Source: Bacteroidota bacterium (lineage in GTDB: Bacteria; Bacteroidota; Bacteroidia; AKYH767-A; 2013-40CM-41-45). From it: a DNA stretch of 64,000 bases. Under the pieces are notes generated by a model. It searched no databases. It was given only the letters and a program-made list of their open reading frames with translations, and had not been told where the DNA came from. The translations under genes and the position numbers were made by a program. Of this stretch, positions 59,034 through 64,000 are shown piece by piece (the stretch's first letter is position 1; each line of letters starts with the position of its first letter). The stretch spans positions 68,490 to 132,489 of the forward strand of contig QQVM01000022.1 in the NCBI GenBank assembly GCA_003389385.1, in the 5' to 3' direction.

Positions 59034-60770
59034 ATGGACCATGAACGCCTGAAAGTTTCGGAGCATCTGAAGTCTTCCTCATTATACAGTGAAGAGCTCG
59101 CTCCCGTTCCTTACGAAAAGCGCACATGGAACATGTGGAGTCTGGCCGCGATATGGGTGGGCATGGCGGTGTGCATCCCAACATACATTCTGGCTTCTTA
59201 CATGATCAAATCAGGATTGAGCTGGCAGGCATCACTTGTCATTATCGGACTTGCCAATCTGGTGATCACAATTCCAATGGTTCTCAACGGTTACGCAGGT
59301 GTGAAATACGGCATGCCCTTTCCTGTACTTGGCCGTGCTAGTTTCGGAACAAGCGGTGTTCACATCGCATCCGTGCTCAGAGCCATTGTCGCCTGTGGAT
59401 GGTTCGGCGTGCAAACATGGATAGGCGGACTTGCCTTTTATTCAATCTGGAATATCATGACAGGACAGGAGGGAAGCTACGGACTGGATGCGGGCAAGTT
59501 CATTTGCTTCGGGTTATTCTGGCTTGTTAACATTTACTTTATCTGGAAAGGAACTGAGAGCATACGCTGGCTGGAGAATTATTCAGCGCCGATACTTATT
59601 ATAATTGGAATCATACTCATTGTTTGGGGAATCAGGAATGCGGGAAGCTTTGATGCGGTGCTCGCACAAGGACACCAGATGCAGCAGAAATCAGCAGAGC
59701 TGTACTATGATCAATCTGCCAATCAATTTGAAGTAAAACTTTTTCCATTAACTAATACTGACGGATCAGCGAAAGTATCAGAGTATTCTGTTCTTGCCCC
59801 AACCACCGATGGTTATTATGATTTTGGATGGAAAGCATGGAATCCGGCAGAGCCGGTTTATAAAATAGAAAATGTTCCCGGCATCGAAACTAAAAACATA
59901 CTCAGCGGCGAGGAAGCCGTAAAGGTTCAGTTCAGAAACAAGGACATGGCGCTTTCCACAATTGTGGATGTGTTTACTCATAAAGAAAAAGATTCGATCG
60001 AATCCTTGTGGGAATACATTCTCTGGTTCACCGCAATGGTTGGATTCTGGGCGACGATGTCTATCAGCATTTCAGACATCACCAGGTATTCGCGGACCCA
60101 GAAAGACCAGGTTCTCGGACAGTTTCTCGGATTGCCAGGTACCATGATGTTTTACTCCTTCGTTGGAATTTTTGTGACACTTTCAGCCATGTTAGTCTTC
60201 AGTGACATTCTCATTTCCGAAGACGCGCCCTGGGATCCTGTTTCTCTAATTGCAAAGTTCAAATCACCCGGCGTGGTGATCTTTGCGCAGATAGCAATGA
60301 TCATCGCCACACTCAGCACCAACATCGCGGCCAATGTCATCGCGCCTGCCAACGCATTCTCAAATCTCTTTCCTAAGAAAATTTCTTTCCGCAAGGGTGG
60401 AGTTATTGCAGGGATCATCGGAATCATCATTTGTCCCTGGTGGCTTCTGGATGAAATCAGCGGAATACTCATATTTGTAAGCGGACTTCTGGGTCCGGTT
60501 CTCGGTATCCTGCTATGCGATTATTATGTGATAAGAAAAAAGAATCTCGTAACCGACGAACTGTTCAGACGCGACGGAATATATTCATACAACGGAAGCG
60601 GAGTAAGCCGTGCTGCACTGCTTGCGCTCATCGCCGGAATACTCACGGCCCTCATCGGCTACTGGATTCCTTCACTTGCATTCCTCTACCATTTGTCATG
60701 GTTCACAGGCTTCGCTGTATCATTTATAGTTTATTATCTTACGGCAAGGAATGTCAGGATCACAGCCTGA
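59034..60770 (+). CDS. NCS1-family nucleobase permease (cytosine/uracil/allantoin transporter family).
   Basis: About 12 TM segments, with an N-terminus typical of NCS1 (WNMWSLAAIWVGMAVCIPTY). Confidence 0.7.
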   Translation: MDHERLKVSEHLKSSSLYSEELAPVPYEKRTWNMWSLAAIWVGMAVCIPTYILASYMIKSGLSWQASLVIIGLANLVITIPMVLNGYAGVKYGMPFPVLGRASFGTSGVHIASVLRAIVACGWFGVQTWIGGLAFYSIWNIMTGQEGSYGLDAGKFICFGLFWLVNIYFIWKGTESIRWLENYSAPILIIIGIILIVWGIRNAGSFDAVLAQGHQMQQKSAELYYDQSANQFEVKLFPLTNTDGSAKVSEYSVLAPTTDGYYDFGWKAWNPAEPVYKIENVPGIETKNILSGEEAVKVQFRNKDMALSTIVDVFTHKEKDSIESLWEYILWFTAMVGFWATMSISISDITRYSRTQKDQVLGQFLGLPGTMMFYSFVGIFVTLSAMLVFSDILISEDAPWDPVSLIAKFKSPGVVIFAQIAMIIATLSTNIAANVIAPANAFSNLFPKKISFRKGGVIAGIIGIIICPWWLLDEISGILIFVSGLLGPVLGILLCDYYVIRKKNLVTDELFRRDGIYSYNGSGVSRAALLALIAGILTALIGYWIPSLAFLYHLSWFTGFAVSFIVYYLTARNVRITA

Positions 60771-60795
60771 TATTTCTGATAAAAAAATATTTACA

Positions 60796-62178
60796 ATGTC
60801 AATACTGATTAAAAACGGAAGAGTTGTCACCGCATCGGAAGATGCCATCGCCGATGTCTACATAGAAGGTGAAAAAATCGCAGCCATCGGAAAAAATCTT
60901 CCGATGAAAGCTGAAAGAGAAATTGATGCAAACGGGAAATTTGTTTTTCCCGGAGGCATTGATCCGCATGTACATCTAGACATGCCGTTCATGGGAACAT
61001 TTTCCAGCGACAGCTATGAAACAGGAACTCTTGCCGCATTGCATGGCGGAACAACCATGGTGATTGATTTTATACTGCAGACTCAGGGTAAACCATTGCG
61101 TCATGCATTGGAGGCATGGCAGGGCAGGTCAAACGGAAACTGCTTTGGGGATTACTCCTTCCACATGGCAGTGACAGACTTTAATGATGATACCAAAAAG
61201 GAAATAGAAGAGATGGTGGAGAAGGAAGGCATAGTATCCTTCAAAACATTCATGGCATATAAAGGTGCGCTCATGATTGATGACAGGCAAATGGTCGGAC
61301 TCATGAACGAAGTGAAACGCTGCGGAGGCATGGTCACGGTTCATGCAACCAATGGTGATCTGATTGATTTTCTCGTTGCGAAGCACAGATCGGAAGGAAA
61401 GCTGTCTCCATTGTATCATTATCTTTCTCAACCAGAGATTACCGAGTCAGAAGCGACAGGCCGCTTCGCTGACCTCGCCTATCAGACCGGAGCCATCGGT
61501 TATGTGGTTCATATGACCTGCGAAGGAGCGCTCAATCACATTCGTGACGCTGCGAAACGTAACCAGAAAGTATATGCGGAAACATGCATTCAGTATCTCT
61601 TGCTCGACGCGAGCTTATATGAAAAAGATTTCGACGGAGCAAAATGGGTAATGAGTCCTCCGCTCAGGCAGAAGAAAGACCAGGAAACATTATGGGCGGG
61701 AATTAACCAGGGTAGTGTACAGGTTGTCGCGACAGACCACTGCCCCTTTAAATGGGAGCAGAAGAAAATGGGAGAGAAAGATTTTTCGAAAATCCCGAAT
61801 GGCCATCCGGCTATCGAGCACAGAGTTGAGCTTTTGTTTTCCGAAGGTGTGGTGAAGAACAGAATATCGCTGAACAAATTTGTGGAAGTCGCTTCGACCA
61901 ATGCTGCGAAAATTTTCGGTATGTTTCCTGCGAAAGGAACCATCGCTGTCGGTTCGGATGCTGACATCATCATTCTGGATCCCGAAGTGAAACACAAGCT
62001 CTCAGCCAAAACACATCACATGAATGTGGACTACAGCTCTTATGAGGGGTGGGAAGTCACAGGTAAAACAAAAATGACAATTCTCCGCGGTAAAGTTGCA
62101 GTCGAGGACGGGAAAGTTCACATTCCAAAAGGATACGGAAAGTTTATCAAAAGAAATAAAGTAAAGCAGCACATCTGA
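60796..62178 (+). CDS. Dihydropyrimidinase/hydantoinase (cyclic amidohydrolase).
   Basis: GGIDPHVHL metal-binding His-x-His and the downstream carbamylated-Lys region. The ORF opens at 60751 and overlaps the permease, so the start is chosen at MSILIKNG. Confidence 0.8.
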   Translation: MSILIKNGRVVTASEDAIADVYIEGEKIAAIGKNLPMKAEREIDANGKFVFPGGIDPHVHLDMPFMGTFSSDSYETGTLAALHGGTTMVIDFILQTQGKPLRHALEAWQGRSNGNCFGDYSFHMAVTDFNDDTKKEIEEMVEKEGIVSFKTFMAYKGALMIDDRQMVGLMNEVKRCGGMVTVHATNGDLIDFLVAKHRSEGKLSPLYHYLSQPEITESEATGRFADLAYQTGAIGYVVHMTCEGALNHIRDAAKRNQKVYAETCIQYLLLDASLYEKDFDGAKWVMSPPLRQKKDQETLWAGINQGSVQVVATDHCPFKWEQKKMGEKDFSKIPNGHPAIEHRVELLFSEGVVKNRISLNKFVEVASTNAAKIFGMFPAKGTIAVGSDADIIILDPEVKHKLSAKTHHMNVDYSSYEGWEVTGKTKMTILRGKVAVEDGKVHIPKGYGKFIKRNKVKQHI

Positions 62179-62209
62179 TGCCGATAAAATCAAATCAATA
62201 AAAATATTT

Positions 62210-63076
62210 ATGCCAAGAAAAATTAAATCAGGACTGATTCAAATGTCTCTCCCTAAGACTGAAGGAGAAGGAAGCATTAAGGAAATCGTGGATGCTATGA
62301 TCCAGAAGCACATTCCTTACATAGAAGAAGCGGGTAAGCAGGGAGTACAGATTCTCTGCCTCCAGGAAATTTTTAATACCCCATACTTCTGTCCAGGGCA
62401 AGATGCCAGATGGTACGCTTCTGCGGAATCCGTGCCCGGACCTACTACTGAGCTCATGCAGAGCTACGCCAAGAAGTACAACATGGTGATCATTGTTCCG
62501 ATTTATGAAAAAGAACAGGAAGGCGTTCTGTACAATACGGCTGCGGTCATCGATGCTGATGGCACTTACCTCGGCAAGTACAGAAAGAATCACATTCCGC
62601 ATACATCCGGTTTTTGGGAAAAGTTTTTCTTCAAGCCTGGGAATCTTGGCTATCCGGTTTTCGAAACACGATACGCGAAAATTGGTGTGTACATTTGCTA
62701 CGACAGGCATTTCCCTGAAGGCGCACGCATCTTCGGCCTTAATGGCGCGGAGATAGTGTATAATCCATCCGCTACTGTTGCCGGACTTTCACAGTATCTC
62801 TGGAAACTGGAACAGCCTGCGCATGCCGCGGCGAATGGATATTTCATGGGATGCATCAACCGTGTCGGACAGGAAAAGCCATGGAACCTGGGTAAGTTTT
62901 ACGGATCTTCCTATTTTGTGGATCCGCGCGGACAAATTTTTTCCATTGCATCGGAAGACAAGGACGAATTGCTTGTAGCAGAGTTTGACCTCGACATGAT
63001 CGCTGAGGTGCGTTCCACCTGGCAGTTCTACCGTGACCGTCGTCCGGAGACATACGGAAAGATGACGGAACTTTAA
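62210..63076 (+). CDS. Nitrilase-superfamily amidohydrolase, probably a beta-ureidopropionase (N-carbamoyl-beta-alanine amidohydrolase).
   Basis: CN-hydrolase catalytic Glu/Lys/Cys (GVYICYD). The function is assigned from context. Confidence 0.65.
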   Translation: MPRKIKSGLIQMSLPKTEGEGSIKEIVDAMIQKHIPYIEEAGKQGVQILCLQEIFNTPYFCPGQDARWYASAESVPGPTTELMQSYAKKYNMVIIVPIYEKEQEGVLYNTAAVIDADGTYLGKYRKNHIPHTSGFWEKFFFKPGNLGYPVFETRYAKIGVYICYDRHFPEGARIFGLNGAEIVYNPSATVAGLSQYLWKLEQPAHAAANGYFMGCINRVGQEKPWNLGKFYGSSYFVDPRGQIFSIASEDKDELLVAEFDLDMIAEVRSTWQFYRDRRPETYGKMTEL

Positions 63077-63145
63077 ATCAGTTGACATGATAAGCATGAT
63101 GATTCATGTGCTGATGATTTCCAAAAATGAAAAAGAAAATCAATA

Positions 63146-64000
63146 ATGTCTGATTATAAAAAACCCTCCAGCGAAAAAGAGTTTGCCGAGAACTTTAAGC
63201 AGATTAAGCCGCTGATGAATGAAACGGAAGCTTACTATGAAAGCTCCCGTTGCCTGTTTTGCTATGACGCTCCCTGTGTGACTGCATGTCCTACGGGGAT
63301 TGACATCCCTTTGTTCATCCGACAGATCAATACGAACAATGCCATCGGAGCCGCCAAAACAATTTACGACAGCAACACTTTCGGTTATGCATGCGGAAAG
63401 GTTTGTCCGACCGAGGTGCTGTGCGAAGGAGCCTGTGTGTACAACCACCAGGATGTAAAGCCAATTGAGATTGGGCGGCTTCAAAGTTTCGCGACAGGTA
63501 AGGCTATTCATTCAGGTAAGAAATTCTACAAGCCCGCAAAGCCGAATGGAAAAAAGGTGGCAGTAATCGGTGCCGGTCCTGCCGGAATTGCCTGCGCGGC
63601 AGATCTGAGAATGTACGGTTGCGAGGTAGATGTATTCGAAGCGAAGGAGAAACCTTCAGGTCTTACAGTATACGGAGTCGCGCCTTACAAGATCACCAAT
63701 GAAGAAGTACTGGACGAAATGAAATATCTTGAAGAACAATTCGGATATAAGGTTCATTACAAACAAGCCATCAGTGATAAATCGCAACTTGATAAACTGG
63801 AGAAAGAGTATGACGCTATTTTTCTGGGCATTGGACTTGGCGCTACCTCCTCTCTGAATATCAAAGGTGAAGAGCTGGAAAACTGTTTTGGCGCAGTGGA
63901 ATTTGTCGCGAAGTTAAGAATGCAGAAGCACGGAGTGAAGGTACCCGCAAAGGTAATTGTACTCGGTGGTGGAAATACCGCGATGGATGCGGCTTCAGAA
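63146..64000 (+). CDS. preT: NAD(P)H-dependent dihydropyrimidine dehydrogenase, PreT-like subunit (GltD-like). It is partial and continues beyond the window.
   Basis: N-terminal 4Fe-4S cysteines (CLFCYDAPCVTACP; CGKVCPTEVLCEGAC) and then the dinucleotide fold KVAVIGAGPAGIACA. Confidence 0.7.
   Translation, partial: MSDYKKPSSEKEFAENFKQIKPLMNETEAYYESSRCLFCYDAPCVTACPTGIDIPLFIRQINTNNAIGAAKTIYDSNTFGYACGKVCPTEVLCEGACVYNHQDVKPIEIGRLQSFATGKAIHSGKKFYKPAKPNGKKVAVIGAGPAGIACAADLRMYGCEVDVFEAKEKPSGLTVYGVAPYKITNEEVLDEMKYLEEQFGYKVHYKQAISDKSQLDKLEKEYDAIFLGIGLGATSSLNIKGEELENCFGAVEFVAKLRMQKHGVKVPAKVIVLGGGNTAMDAASE

Noticed and set aside
58338-59066. 242-aa minus-strand ORF antisense to the class III aminotransferase
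   Set aside because: The sense gene has clear PLP-enzyme motifs. The antisense frame shows no signal.

Overview
This 64 kb window is chromosomal DNA from a Bacteroidota genome (phylum call is an inference). The inference rests on four genes for proteins carrying type IX secretion system (T9SS) C-terminal sorting domains (one type B, three type A), a GldH-like gliding lipoprotein beside a PSP1-domain protein and holB, an ORF6N-domain protein, and a TAnnTTTG-like -7 promoter box. Gene density is high, with about 60 CDS on both strands. I found no rRNA, tRNA, CRISPR array or recognisable transposase or integrase.

Housekeeping genes I could identify are asnB, uvrC, gpsA, lysS, lipB, pgk, pheS, rbfA, holB, a PBP1A, ferritin, a cyclophilin, an MsbA-like ABC exporter, a LolE/FtsX permease and a fused ScoA/ScoB CoA-transferase. 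Many secreted peptidases are present: two M28 and a pair of M16.

Two regions stand out.

1. A seven-gene co-directional block at about 20.2-30.5 kb. It begins with an orphan dual-NBD ABC ATPase. It then encodes a DPM1/Ppm1-like polyprenyl-phosphate sugar synthase (GT2), a possible second glycosyltransferase, and a GT-C-like polytopic membrane protein. It also encodes a lipoprotein with a GH16-like catalytic signature and three exported proteins. Four domains across three of these proteins share a recurring CBM4/9/22-like beta-sandwich signature (..Y.W(N/K).G... Y-I-D-D-L). I read this as an uncharacterised extracytoplasmic glycan glycosylation and remodelling system.

2. A reductive pyrimidine catabolism locus at 56.1-64 kb. 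It contains mmsA, a class III aminotransferase, an NCS1 permease, dihydropyrimidinase, beta-ureidopropionase and the start of preT. A yeast Fcy1-like cytosine deaminase lies 2.3 kb upstream.

Other oddities include a lipoprotein with 23-aa (69-bp) His/Asn/Thr-rich tandem repeats. There is also an intergenic array of four copies of an ACACTTCGACGGA dyad motif, and a 590-bp gene-poor gap with a reverse-oriented terminator hairpin.
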